DNA of 64,000 nt from Podarcis gaigeae (Eukaryota): NCBI GenBank assembly GCA_964106915.2, contig OZ066924.1; one strand, 5' to 3'. Positions 12,838 to 26,270 of the stretch are shown here, one piece after another. Both the position numbers and the translations under genes were made by a program. The notes beneath the pieces are model-generated. The model saw only the letters and a list, made by a program, of their open reading frames with translations. It was not told the DNA's origin and made no database searches. Position 1 is the first letter of the stretch. The number at the start of each line of letters is the position of its first letter.

Positions 12838-14605
12838 ATCTAAGAGGATGTGCCCTATAAATATACCTCTGGTTTTACCTCATGAAAATACTATATATAA
12901 AAAAGCTTTCCCAGGAGGAAGCTTGGAAACCAGGTAGCAAGGTTGGCTGTTGGTGAGAATGTATTTTGTAGTCCTTTTCCTCATTTAAGTGTGTTTGCGA
13001 CCAATAATGACAAGGGTTTCAGAGTCTATATTATATAGTCATTGCAAGTCTCCAAAATGCCTAAACATTTTACAAACTCCCAGTTGCCCATACCAGGAAA
13101 GAATAAGCCACACATCACCCCAAAAAGCTTGATTAGAAACATGATGGTGCTGAACAGGGTTGCCCACCCAACCCCTTTTTACCACTGTGCTGGTGAAAGT
13201 CTCCTTTCCCCCTTTTTCTTTTGGCCAAACTTTAAAATTGTGGAAAACAGCTACTTTCACTGTTGTCTAACTGCTAGAATGTATGGTACACAAGGTGCTG
13301 CACATAGTGAAAATGTGAGAAAAGTGATTAATTCTGACAATATTCATGTAAGATTTTTGAGATGGTAAACACCTCCTGTGAATTAGTTTTTTAGTTCAGA
13401 GGATTTAGCTTCAGCCTTCACTGCTTTATGGACTGTGGCATAAATATTTTTGGAAGATAGCTATGTAGATGTTAAATTAAAGGAGAAATTACTTGGGCTT
13501 AGATTGGTGGTAATAAAAAAATGGCAGATTTGACTTGGGTGTCATCCAATTATATACATACTAATTCAGGAGTAAATCTTATTGAATGAGATGGCACTTC
13601 TGAGAAACCTGTGTCAGATCAGGATGTCTGTTCTGTATATGACATTCTGCACAGAAATTAAGAAAGGACAGCAGTTGGATGGCATTATAAATCCAAGTCT
13701 TCGGTGTAAAATTAAAACCGAAATGGCTTTCTATATATCATTCTTCTGTAGACCAAATATTTATGATCTTACAATGTAAAGTAGTATGAAACAGTATAAA
13801 GTGCCTTACAAAGGCATTGATAACAAAATCTAATCTCTTGTAATTATTTTATATTTTGAAACGACTTCCTATAATTAACTGCACAGCTACCCTGGCCATT
13901 CAGTTCAAAAACGAAAGGGAAAAAGTGATGGCTGTCGTGATGATTTACTGCACTGACTATATTGTTTAAGGTCTGTCAGTATTTCCATTATAAACAACAT
14001 TTCTGAAGGGTGCATAACTCATCTTTTAAATTTGCCTTGGGCTCTCTCTTGGCACATGAGTTTTCAGCTGAAATGTAAATTATTTTGTAATTTGTGTATA
14101 TGTGTGCACATGTGAAATGTGCTTCTCCATAAAAATGAAGGATTAGTATTGGTTGGAAGCTGACAAAGTCTGGGAAGAAGCTGCGCAAAGTACCACATAA
14201 CAGGAGTCCTGAATCACTTTGGTACTGATTTACATTACATCTGTGATACCAGTTTTGGGACTCTTCCAGATAGCACATGCTAAGTCTGCATCTGCCGAAT
14301 TTAGTTATGTGTTATATGGCAGCTACGCACTTGGAATGCTCATACGTTCAGAATTCATGGCAGGTTTAGAATGGGATGGGGAATAGTGCAAGCAAGAAAT
14401 GAACTGAATGTATATATTTATTGTGAACTAGGACATATAGTAAGTAAAATATTCTCAAGCAGAACACAGTAGTCAATGTAATATCAGTTTCAGTTTGCAA
14501 CATGGACTTGGTATTGATACCAAGGGTTGAAGCTGATGTGACACAGACTATGGATAAAATCAATGTCTGTGTAAATCTACTGTCACATGTCTTCACTTTC
14601 AAATA

Positions 14606-14847
14606 CAGTGGAACCTCGGGTTAAGTACCATCCTCCTTACAAACACTTTGGGTTACAAGCTCCGCTAACCTGGAAGTAGGTGTTCCAGGTAGCGAACTTT
14701 GCCCCAGGATGCAGGCGGAAGTTGTGTGCCGACAGCACAGCAGCAGCGGGAGGCCCCATTAGCGAAAGCTCGCCTCAGGTTTAGAATGGTTTCAGGTTAA
14801 GAATGGACCTCCGGAACGAATTCAGTTCGTAAACAGAGGCACCACTG
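14606..14847. mobile_element. Tc1/mariner MITE related to family A, opposite orientation
   Basis: TA-cagtggaacctc ... gaggcaccactg-TA. Internal gcgggaggccccattagc is the reverse complement of the core in 4750-4980. Confidence 0.85.
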
Positions 14848-15308
14848 TACACTGATGCCCCTTGACCTTTTGTAACATTAGCATGGCAGCAAAAGTGGTC
14901 CAGGTGGACTTGCTACTGGCATGGTGATGTTACATGCAAATAGGCAGAGCACATGATAGGTGCATTTCAACATGGTGAACCATGTCTGGAATGTTTATGC
15001 ATAACTGCTGCATCATGCCACTATCAGCCTTAGAATCATTGCCCCATTAACGTTACAGAAAAGGCTCACATAACATTTCTTTTATTTATGTTTTATTTAG
15101 CAGAATTTGTATGCCACCTAATACCTCTAAGGGTTTTGGAAAAAAAAAACATTTTAAAATTACCAAGTAGAAATTAGAGGTGTGTATTCAACTAGATTTT
15201 ATTCAGAGTTGACCTATTAAAATTCATGCTTCAAACTTAGTTGTGTTCATTAACATCAATGAGTCTACACTGAATAAAGTTGAATACAGTCCATTGTTAA
15301 AAAAAGTT

Positions 15309-15355
15309 ACACACACACACACACACACAGATAGATAAATAAATAAATAAATAAA
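15309..15355. repeat. Compound (AC)n/(ATAA)n microsatellite
   Basis: Read directly. Confidence 0.9.
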
Positions 15356-17753
15356 TTATAGATCGATATATATATAAGCAGTCGCACAGTATAAATTAGA
15401 AAGTAAAATTATATATTAAAATACATATCTGGGTAGACTTGCCTAAACAAAAATGTTTTCAGCAAAGGTTCTTGCCCATGTCAGTGGTGCTTCCATGTTA
15501 AAATATTGATTCCTTATCTACTGACATCTGATTAAGAGGATCAGTCAGTTGTCTATACTGAGAATTTAGCTCCTAAATATCCCAAATTATGCATGGTGAA
15601 TATATAACAAAATAATACCCCACCCATCTACCCATATTGATTTACCAATAGCTAGGTTTTTTTATGTCTATTTGGTTTCTGACAAAATTCAGATACATTA
15701 AACATGTTTGGTTCGAAGTCAGAAAACATGAAGAGTTGCTATCCATTTAGTATATGCTGATGGTGAAATGTAATAGAATTTATTTAATATTGGTTGTATT
15801 GTTCCACCATTGTTTTCCATATAGTCCTAATGCTCCTTTCTTCTTCTTTTTAAACACGGAATTAATTGGGTGAAAAATCATGTATTGGCAAGTGGAGAAG
15901 CAGAGCTTGATTGTTCAAGATTTAATAAAGCATGCAAAGACTTCTTTGAAATTTGGCAAACCCTCTACGTGTGCCTTGGGCAAACATCTGGCAGCTCTAC
16001 CTGCTATATCTACTTTGTCCTGTCCCCCCATCCTTTAAATCCCTTTTATGTATTTCTTCTCTGAAACGACTTCTTCTCCCTCACACTTCCTTTATTCTCT
16101 CATCCATCCCATAGCAACTGTTTACCGCAAGGAGACCTATTTAGCACATTGGCAAATATGTGTGCATATAAAAGATGTACAGGTGGTATCACTTGTTGCT
16201 TTCCTTCTTTAAAACAAATTGGTTTGTTAGAGTGGACATTTGTACATTGTACTTACAGGGGTTGGTGTTGCTTGAGAACACCAATATTATTGTTAGGTGC
16301 TTTTTTTGTAGGGTATCGGAAATCAAATATGTGGAAGGTATGAAACATCTTCTGCAGCGGGGGACAGCCTTGGGCTTAAAGAAATATTGGAGTAGATGGA
16401 ATGGCAATGTAATCTTCCACCTTAAAAGTCTTCTGTAGTCCAAGTGCTGTGCAAAATAAATAAACAACTTTTTATCTTCCCTTTTCTACAGAAATATAAA
16501 TTGATACACTACTTAGCCAGCCTGGGCAACATACGTTAAGAACCAATCCCTTTATAAACACAAATTACTTTTGCCCCAGAATATAGAGTTATAGTAACCA
16601 TGTGACCAAGGCTAGGAATTTCCTTGTATGCCAAACAATCCGAGATTGATACCACCATACCACCTACACTAGAGCAAGACTAGCTTTTCTTTGTCACCGG
16701 TTTTATGTGGCTTTTCTAAATTCTGATCCGATAGCTATACAGAATGTTTGTCAACTTTAGGCTTCTGATTTCAAGTATTATTTTTTCTGTTAAAGACATT
16801 AGATAGAGAAATGGCAAGTTACACTGAAAACGAGAGCTGAATAATATTGTGTAAACTTGTCCTTACACTAGATAATAGGGCCTAAATTTAGTTTCATTGA
16901 CTTGCATATGAAAGTATGCAAACTCATGCCGATGGCATGAATTCCACCTAAGGGTTTCCCTGGGCCATCAAAGGCAAAAGTGTGTTTACAAATAGCTGTT
17001 TTTATGCTGTATTCCAGAGGCAATGGCAGATGAAAGGCAGGAGCAAGTGACTAACCAATTTAGCATCCTTCCTCAGATCATAGGTGCACGTGATAGCCAT
17101 GGAAGTGACTAAGAAATGTAAACTGAAAAGGATCCCCACTTGGGTTATTGTCAGGCAGGGTGGAACCAAGGGGGATCCTGATGGAGACCGGTGGTTGGGG
17201 CTTCATTTTGCTACAGGGATATTTTACTCAAGTCTGTATAATAGTAATTTATTTTATTACACCAAGTCAGTTATAGCCCATGATACAAAGAAGCTGCTAG
17301 GCTTGATCACATAGTTAGTACAGCTCCATATTTTGGGGCAATGAATATTTTCAAAGTTCTTTTGAAAAAGCAACAAGGGATTAAGACTGAAGAAGAAGGG
17401 GAAACTATACTATATGGTGATACCATCCCTTTAAGACAAGCTATGGCACTTCAGCAGAGGGCCTCCTTGTAGATGGGGTGGCAGCGTTGTGGTGAGATGT
17501 GCACCCCAAGTGATTATTCGCTTAGGTCTGCACCAGAGCTCTGCCCCCAGGATCCCATACTGAGTTTTGATTAGCTCCTGGGTCTCGCAGGTTTCCCCCA
17601 GCTGTTGGCATCGCTATGTGGGACAGTGATTGCCCCGGCAGGCACATGCAGAGGTTGCAGTGCCAGCAGCTCATCTCTCTACCACCATCCCAGTCCACAA
17701 AGGCAGCTTCAGGTGAATGGGACTTCTCACAATGGTAGGGAATAAGCATTAGG

Positions 17754-18091
17754 AGCCGGCTCAGTATACCTGAAGGAGCATCTCCACCCCCATCGTTCTG
17801 CCCGGACACTGAGATCCAGCGCCAAGGGCCTTCTGATGGTTCCCTCACTGCGAGAAGCAAAGTTACAGGGAACCAGGCAGAGGGCCTTCTCGGTAGTGGT
17901 GCCCTTCCTGTTGAACGCCCTCCCATCAGGTGTCAAAGCGATAAACAACTACCTGACGTTTAGAAGACATCTGAAGGCAGCCCTGTTTAGGGAAGTTTTT
18001 AATGATTGATGTTTTAATGTATTCTTAATCTCTGTTGGAAGCCGCCCAGAGTACCTGGGAAAACCCAGCCAGATGGGCGGGGTACAAATAA

Positions 18092-18140
<49 letters not shown>
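17754..18140 (+). mobile_element. 5'-truncated L2-clade LINE 3' end with (ATT)n tail
   Basis: Translates GSVYLKEHLHPHRSARTLRSSAKGLLMVPSLREAKLQGTRQRAFSVVVPFLLNALPSGVKAINNYLTFRRHLKAALFREVF. (ATT)n tail at 18092-18140 and possible TSD attagg (17748-17753 / 18141-18146). Confidence 0.85.
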
Positions 18141-18142
<2 letters not shown>

Positions 18143-19307
18143 TAGGCTTGACAGTCTTTAACTTGTTCCTGCATTTTCTGATAGCACAATTCTAGACACT
18201 GTCAGCCATTAGCAGCAGGATAAAGAGGTAGTTGTTGTGGTAAATATGGTGATAAGTGTTTGAGTACTCATAACATTTGGAGTTTTTCATTATAGTATGC
18301 AATACAATAAAATGTATATAGGGTTGGTGGGTGAGCTCACGCACACACATACCATTTTCTCTGGAAATTAAATTTTGTTCCCTGGACTGAACTGCAGTTA
18401 AAAGCTTGAAACTGGTAATCCCTTCCGCTCTTTTGGTTTAATATATGTGTGAAACAGTAGAGGTGGTAGTTTCTCTAATTGCTCTACTATCATTACAATT
18501 ATAAAGAAAAGGTCAATCTAATCGTCACCAATTAAATTGGGGGAAAGCTGCATTGTGGCCCTGAAGAGTCATTATGTCAATTTTATGTTGTGCATCAGCG
18601 TATAACACATTTTCGAGGATATATAAATCTAATCTTCTTGGGTATTAGTTCAGACTTGCTCCATTACAGACGGTTGGTGCTGTAGTAGAGAGATAACCCT
18701 AAGCAACATCTATTAATTGCACCGTCTTTCATTGTGTGTCTCTTCTCAGGATTCATGTACTGTAAAACCTGGCAGCTATAATGAGTAGAAATGGATGTGC
18801 CAGATGGCTGTTTGACCCTCCTATTGTTATGTGTTTCACAGTGTGAAAAAAGATGTTCTGCAGTCTTGACTCTCTCTTTTTCTTTGTCTCTTTAAGACTG
18901 CTTTAATACTTGCTGACTTGAATAGTAGCAGTAGTGCTTAATGTGTGTGTGAACCTATTAGATGCTGCTGTTCGGGTAGAAATACAAGTTGTGCTACTAA
19001 ATTTGTTCTTCATTCCCTTGTCACATGTGATAAAAATAATGTTTTGTGTTGTTCCTAAAGAAAATGCATTAGAATCATATATCCCTATGTGGGACTCCAT
19101 TTAATATAAACATTAACCTTAAAAAAAATCACTTGCTCAAGACCACCAGAATGTTTCTCATGTTGTAGGGTCAGAAATGCTCATGACAGATTTACCCAGA
19201 TGCTGTTCAACCCAGGGGTATGTTTATGTGGCTAACTGAGCAGTGGGGCTGCTCTTCTCTGATTAATTATGTGTCCTATCCTCAGCATACATTCATCTAA
19301 GATCACC

Positions 19308-19662
19308 TAGAATCGTAGAATAGAATCATAGAGTTGGAAGAGACCACAAGGGCCATCGAGTCCAACCCCCCGCCAAGCAGGAAACACCATCAGAGCACTC
19401 CTGACATATGGTTGTCAAGCCTCTGCTTAAAGACCTCCAAAGAAGGAGACTCCACCACACTCCTTGGCAGCAAATTCCACTGTCAAACAGCTCTTACTGT
19501 CAGGAAGTTCTTCCTAATGTTTAGGTGGAATCTTCTTTCTTGTAGTTTGGATCCATTGCTCCGTGTCCGCTTCTCTGAAGCAGCAGAAAACAACCTTTCT
19601 CCCTCCTCTACGTGACATCCTTTTATATATTTGAACATGGCTATCATATCACCCCTTAACCT
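19308..19662 (-). mobile_element. 5'-truncated CR1 LINE 3' end
   Basis: Minus-strand RLRGDMIAMFKYIKGCHVEEGERLFSAASEKRTRSNGSKLQERRFHLNIRKNFLTVRAV*QWNLLPRSVVESPSLEVFKQRLDNHMSGVL*, followed by an (ATTCT)-type tail. Confidence 0.92.
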
Positions 19663-22600
19663 GCACTCTGGTTACTTATTTCCCTGGTTTAAGGAAAGGT
19701 TGACTGGAGGGGAGCCCATTAGTAGAGAATTTAAGCACACTGAATTATGGCTTGCATAACTCATTGAACTAGTGGGAGTGGGGATTAAAGAAAAACCAAA
19801 CCTCACATTTAAGTACACAACAGCCTTGGGGTACTTATGCAAGATTTCACACAAAAAATGGATGAAATATTAAGAATGCATTTCATTTTGTTGACTCCAA
19901 CTTGTAATCACTTAAAAAATGAGGTTATTCATATCTAACCGCCAATTTCTTTTTATAAGTCATTAGAGGCGTATTAAACAATATGTTTAAAAAACCACGA
20001 TCAGTTTAATGGTCCATTAATGTCCTTAAGGCTTTTATAATAATTACACAGATACGTTATGAACCTGAATTTGAGGTTAATCAGTGCCTAAAGCATACAT
20101 TTATGAGTCTTATAATTAAGGTTGCTTTAGGTCAATCTTTTGAGAAATATTTGTTACATTACTTTCACATATGTGTTGCCCATCACTTATCTTTTAAGTC
20201 TTTATTATATCAGTTATCTTCTGAAATAGCATCATGAGATATATACACAACTTTCAGAACCTTGGTCCTATATCAGACCAGTTGCAACATCTATTTTTTA
20301 AAAACGGGAGGTAATGTGAATTTGTGAGCATTTGTTTCTACTTTTAATTTTGGTTTTATTTATTTGAAAAACACCAAAATGACTGGGAAAAAAACAAAAG
20401 AAAAACATTCATTAAATGTTCTTTTAGGTTTTTTTATATTTCTAAACTTGCAATTACTTTCCAAAAGACTGCAATTAGTGTTATTTATGTAAACTGTGTA
20501 GATAAAAGTAATTAGCTAATTGTAAAAAAAGAAAAAAAGTTCATAGTTATAATAGCCTCCTATTTGTGGATTTAATCTCTGGAGGGTTGAAAGACTGTGG
20601 ATTGAGCTGACTTTTTTTAAAAAAGAAAACATAAAATGGAGCATCTGTAAGTTTTAGACACAAATTATTTCACAGTTTCACCTTATCATTCTGGGCATGG
20701 CTACAGATTTAGCTCATTAAATTCCTTTTAAATTCACCTGCTGCTGGGAGTTGCAAGTGGGGAAAATCTCCAAACAGTCTTTGAAAAATTACTGTTTGCA
20801 AAAAGATTACAAGGGAAGCAAAAATGGTGTGCAAAGTAATTATAACTAGTATGTGGCTTTTTACAGTTTGAGTGCCGATTATAGAAATGATAAGACTTGC
20901 ATGAGAGATATAATTTGGATGTTTTATTCCAATCAATACATACAAACATTTAAAGACAGTTAACATGATAATTTACCGCCTCTCTTTCTTCACAGGGCAC
21001 AATGCCTACTTTTAGATATGGGTACACAACAGGCCACCTGAATTTTCACTGCAGGCCTCTGCAGTTTATATAAGATGTGATTGCCCATGTTAATAATTAT
21101 GCAGTGTGATTACAGTCAGATTATTCTAACCTAGAATTGAAAGAAATGATCAAACTGGATGTCGTGAATTATTCCAAATGTTTGAGAGAACGTGCTTGGA
21201 ATGTACCTGAAAAAAACATAAAAGAATTGGAGATCAACTTTGCTGCTGGTGTTTTGTTTTGTTTTGTTTACCTTTTTGGCTATGAATGAATTTGAAGTGG
21301 AGTGGTATTTGGCAATGTTAGGTTAGGGGACTTTCACAAAGGGTTATGCTTTAAGCAATTTTGGTATGTTCAAATCATATTACCTACCACATATGTGGCT
21401 GAGAAATGTTCCTTCCTTGGGGCTCTGCTAGTGGTGACTTTTACATTCTCCTGTTGAGTAAAATGCAGTCTGTTTACTTAAATTACCTTAATCTGACTCT
21501 TAAAAGAATTAGCTCCCCTACAAGCACCTCTTGGTGGGGATACAAACAGTTCTGGGAGTGCCTGGGAATACTCAGAAAGTGGCAGCAAGGTTTGGTCTTG
21601 TCTTATGACTGAATACCAATAGCACCAGCAGAATTGTCATAGATAGCTATAATTTATGGAAAAAGCCAGTCAGAAAGTTCGGTTCTTGCTTTGCATAGAA
21701 TCCATAGAGCGAGATTATTAGTGTGGGCATAAGATCCTGCCAGCCATGAGGGAACTGAGGTCTCTGTTCATAAAGTATTCCAGGTCTTCTGTCATAAGTA
21801 GGATTTGGTTCAGGAAATAGACTATTGGATTAGGTTAGGATTCCCGTGCATTGGGTTTGTACAGATTATGCACAAACATGTAAAACATATCTTACACACA
21901 CATGCACACATATCTTTATGTTGTCTGGCACCCAAATAATTTTACATCAGACCTGGCTGTTTTCTTACAAAGATTCATTTAATAGATTTTCAGGAAGAAT
22001 GTATCATGTTACAAAACTTTTATGTTTGGTGATGTTAATGCAGAGCCTATGAAGACACACGTTGTAGCTTTTGATTGTAGGTTTTCTCACCTCCAGCCAT
22101 TCTGTGAAGCTGTCGTTGGCTGTAGGAGTTATTTTTCTATCCCAAAATTTGAAACTTAGAAAAATGTATCAATGAACAATAATGCTAAGCCTGACATTTC
22201 ATAAAGAGTTGTGTTAACTGTGCATGCTTGTCAGAATATTGAGTTCTTAATTTATTTTAGGCAGGCTCTGAAACACTTAATGCATTCTGTGTAGGTCCAC
22301 AGGAAATTATTTTTCACTTGTTTAATGAAACATGGGAACATGCTGCATGTGAAATGCTATATATGCCTGATGTCACATAGGTGGGTGGTTTTCCCATAAA
22401 ATACTAGCCAGCACTGGAAAGAAGTCACATTGATCAGCAGGGGGAGCTCTAACAGTGAAATAGCGTTGATGAACTGCAAATCTCTCTGGGTGAATGTAAA
22501 ATACAGTACATTGGAAAAGTTGCCTACTTCACAAAGACCACTTTTACTATTAGATTCAGGGCCTCAGAAGCATTGACAAAGAGGGTGGTATTGATATTTC

Positions 22601-22856
22601 ATCACCAGTATTAAAATTAATATGATACTAGAACTTGTTAGGACAAGCAGAAGTTTCATCATCTACTGGTTTTATAGTTATTAGTAGAAAGAGTATTTAA
22701 TTTTATACAGCAGAGAAGAAACAAAATTATGAAGATGCAAAAGGTACTGTAAGAAAGAGCACAGTACTATGTATGTGGCTTATTCATGTCTGTTACAGAA
22801 ATGAAGTCCTTTTAACGGCAGTAGTTGTCGATACTGATCAGTACTTGATTATTAGT

Positions 22857-22943
22857 GGCAATCCTAACCTTGTCTACTCAGAAGTAAGTCCTATTGAATT
22901 AAGTGGGGCCTACTTCCAGGTAAGTGGAGTTAGGGTGGTGGCC
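22857..22943. mobile_element. Old ~90-bp hairpin-like MITE (similar degraded elements near 6640-6730, 8150-8266, 13540-13625, 15179-15292, 53930-54010)
   Basis: Imperfect inverted ends caatcctaac...gttagggtgg and an internal aagtaagtccta...ggggcctactt inverted pair. The motif recurs in the window. Superfamily not determined. Confidence 0.5.
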
Positions 22944-23303
22944 TGTATCAGTGTTATGTAACAACATATAGTCGCTTTCATTTGATACAGGTATTAGTAC
23001 ATCATCCAAAAGTACCAGACAGTCACCAAGGTCCGATTTAAGGTTATGCACATCCTTTTTTTGGTGCAGTTGCTTTCCACAGTAGAGAGCACATGATTTA
23101 ATTATCCTCTAAATTAATATTCATTAGACGGTAGAGCATCTGTGTGTGCTACTTTTGAAATCTTCCCATAGATGCATGGCATCAGATCTGCATAGTTGCT
23201 TGGTGTTCACTTAGCGTTGTGATAAATAAGAATGGGGCTGCAAACATACCCCACCCACATACAGAGAATAGAGCTGACATTTGATCATAACAATTAAGTA
23301 CAT

Positions 23304-23444
23304 CAGGCATCCCCAACCTGCAGCCCTCCAGATGTTTTGGCCTACAACTCCCATGATCCCTTCCCTAGCTAACAGGACCAGTGGTCAGGGATGATGGGAA
23401 TTGTAGTCCAAAACATCTGGAGAGCCAAAGGTTGGGGATGCCTG
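23304..23444. mobile_element. hAT-type palindromic MITE, family C
   Basis: TIR caggcatccccaacct / aggttggggatgcctg and exact 8-bp TSD aagtacat. Internal inverted repeat ccagatgttttggcctacaactcccat / atgggaattgtagtccaaaacatctgg. Confidence 0.92.
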
Positions 23445-26270
23445 AAGTACATGGTCCTCCGTCTCCCCTTTTCTGTGCCATTCACACCACAATACACTAA
23501 ACTTGAAACATTTTGCTTTTCCCCTTGACATCTTTATAGACTCTGTGTATAGCCCATACATAATCAGTTTCTGGGATTGTTGGAAGGTAGGCCAGAAAAC
23601 AGTAAAAGGGAAATGTAATACTAACTGCTTGCAACTGGGTGATAGGGTGAACTACCCAGGCAAATTAAGGTGGTCAATTGATGTGACCACAACTGCACAA
23701 TCAGTGTACTATCTAGAAAAGGTCACCATAAAGGTTTAACTACTGTTAGGCTCAAGCATGTATTTTTGTGACTTCCATCCTTGGCATAATAAAGCTTGAT
23801 TTGCAAAAGCTCTCTGCTTTCATAGCTTCAGATGACTCGAATATAAACTGTTGTTTGATCACATTAGCCTATATTTTTAAATCCTCATGAAATTAAAGTC
23901 AAAACATCTCAAATAAAGACCCTTGAAAACTAAAGGTTTTTTTTCTCAGAAGCAACAAATTTCTGCTTGAAGGTTCTTTCCCAATTCCTTTTTTCCTTGC
24001 TAAAAATAGTTTCCTTTGAAGGGATTTTTAAAAACTAACATCTTGTCAGACTTGTGTTGTTAAATATAAGTCATATGCTGTTATCTTCTGTTATCTGAAA
24101 AAGAGCATTTATTGCTGTATGCCCATTATGTTTATGTTTTATTTTACTTTGAAATTAGGTTTGGGCACAACTGGTGATCGTATATCGCTAGAATCTATTA
24201 TTAACCTTTTATCTCTCAGTTATGAGAAAATGTTCTTCTATCCATGAGTTTTAATGACCATTAGTTTGTGCCCTAATATTGTTAACCAGATGCATTCCTT
24301 CCTTTTCTTTCAGCCTGGTTTTAAATGGATTACTAAAGTGGGTTTTGGTTTTTTAAATTTTACCTAGGAAATAGCAGTAAATGAAATTCTTTTGAGCTTA
24401 TATCATATAGCGCTTCAGATTATTTATATAAATATATAGATCTGCCAAAAAGTAACTTTGCATTATATGTCTGATTCCCTTTCGGGGGGAAATCACTCAC
24501 ATACAACCACTTTAAAAATGGGCAGTCTTTTGAAATTTAGTTATGGCAACCATATCTCTTCAAAGGTGTAACTTAGATATAAAAATAAAATAATTAAACA
24601 CATTTCCTTTTCTGTGGTGCTGTCTCCAGAGCTTCTGCACAGAGAAAGTATTTCCACTTTCTCTAAGAATTATAACTATTTATGATTCATGCATTACAAA
24701 TATTCTAGGCACGTTGTTTATCCATTCAGGGTCTGCTGTTCAGAAGACTTCCTCCTTGGTCTTCTGGTCTTCTACAAATACAGGTGTGTGTAGAGGGACA
24801 CTCCTGTTTATATAACTGTTTTTGTATTACAGCTGAATGTTAGCTGACCACCAACGAACCGTGCATGGTGAGAATACATTTCATAGCATCAGTCAACACA
24901 ATCCCTCTGCTTGCCTTTATGCAGCCATACTAAGCATAATTACATGGCAAGCTAAAGTTCTCTGCTGCTGCCACTGCAGCACCCAGTGACGCAGCTCCAC
25001 CATCACACCCAACCAAGGCAGCCCAAATGCAGTGCAATTGCTACTTGGTGATCCAGTGACCAGGCATTGGGTCTATTTTACCCTACTTTCCTTCTGCCTG
25101 CACAAAAGTGGAACCTGTCAGTTGCCAGCCTGTTCATGTGTAGCAATTTTTATGTTCATTAATTAAGATCGTTCGTTTCCCTTTTAAAATAAATATTTTA
25201 AATACCTATTTAATTTGCTATGAATTCTAATGGACAGTTTTGTCACAATAGGAATATTTAAGGGGGGAAAAACCTTGTAAGGAGGGAATGTATGATTAAG
25301 GGAATGGATGATTATGCTTTTTTAAAAAAAAAAATGGAAAGAACAGTTTCATTTCCTATATCTCACCCACCCACTCTATTGCAACGTTTAGCTTTTAACA
25401 AGTGCTGGCCTAGTATAATCATTGCATGGATGAGATTAGAACAACTTCCACTTGATTGAAAAGCACAGAGCTGGGACAGTTTCCTGAACCAACCAGGCCT
25501 GTGGGGGATGGATATTTACAGTATTTAATAGCAAACCAACTTCTGAAGCTGTTAGCTAGTTTTCTGTGCTGTCAGCAAACAGAATATTGTTTTCTGTTCT
25601 TTGTGTTTTAAATGCTGTTCAGGGAGCTGTGTAAGTTATAATTGATGCTTAGGAAGAGACTCAGAATTTTATACTCTTATAAATTGGCACATCTACATCA
25701 ATGAGATTGGGAAAGCTATTTTCCCATGAGTATGGTAAAAAATACCATCAAACTATTTACATTTACAACCCCCCCCCCCATATTTCAGTATGTCACAGAA
25801 CTATCTTGTTGGTCCAATTACAGTAGTAGTAAAGAAATTAGAATAAGGAAAAGCTTTCCCACACTGTTAACAAATAGTACAAAGAAACCATATGTGTGAT
25901 ACATTATTTCTGAATGAGCAACTTCTATCTTGGAATGCTAACCTTCATAGGATGCAAGACTTATATATAAATGTCTTTACTGTTGCTGCATCTTGTAAAT
26001 AGAGTGGATAACATTAAACAAGTCACTACTATATCTCTCTGCATTTCCAAAGATCCCTTCCTCCACCTACACAATGTTATTTGCACATAAAATTAGCATT
26101 CAAACATCACAATCTTCATACATCCAAGTACTCTGAGAACTGCGTTCAGATGTATAATGAGGATGCTTCTTTAGTGGCTTCCTAGGCCTGAAGACAAACC
26201 CCAGGCTGCAATCCATAGGTTTTCACCCCTGGACAGGCACTGCGCCTTAAATGCCTGCAGAGGGAAGATA

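Noticed and set aside
23304-23444. Pre-miRNA hairpin
   Set aside because: The fold-back is fully explained by a hAT MITE with an exact 8-bp TSD and related copies in the window.
16465-24313. Isolated strong acceptor-like sites ending at about 16491, 20995 and 24313 as extra exons
   Set aside because: No convincing paired donor or coding similarity. Such sites are common in T-rich introns.
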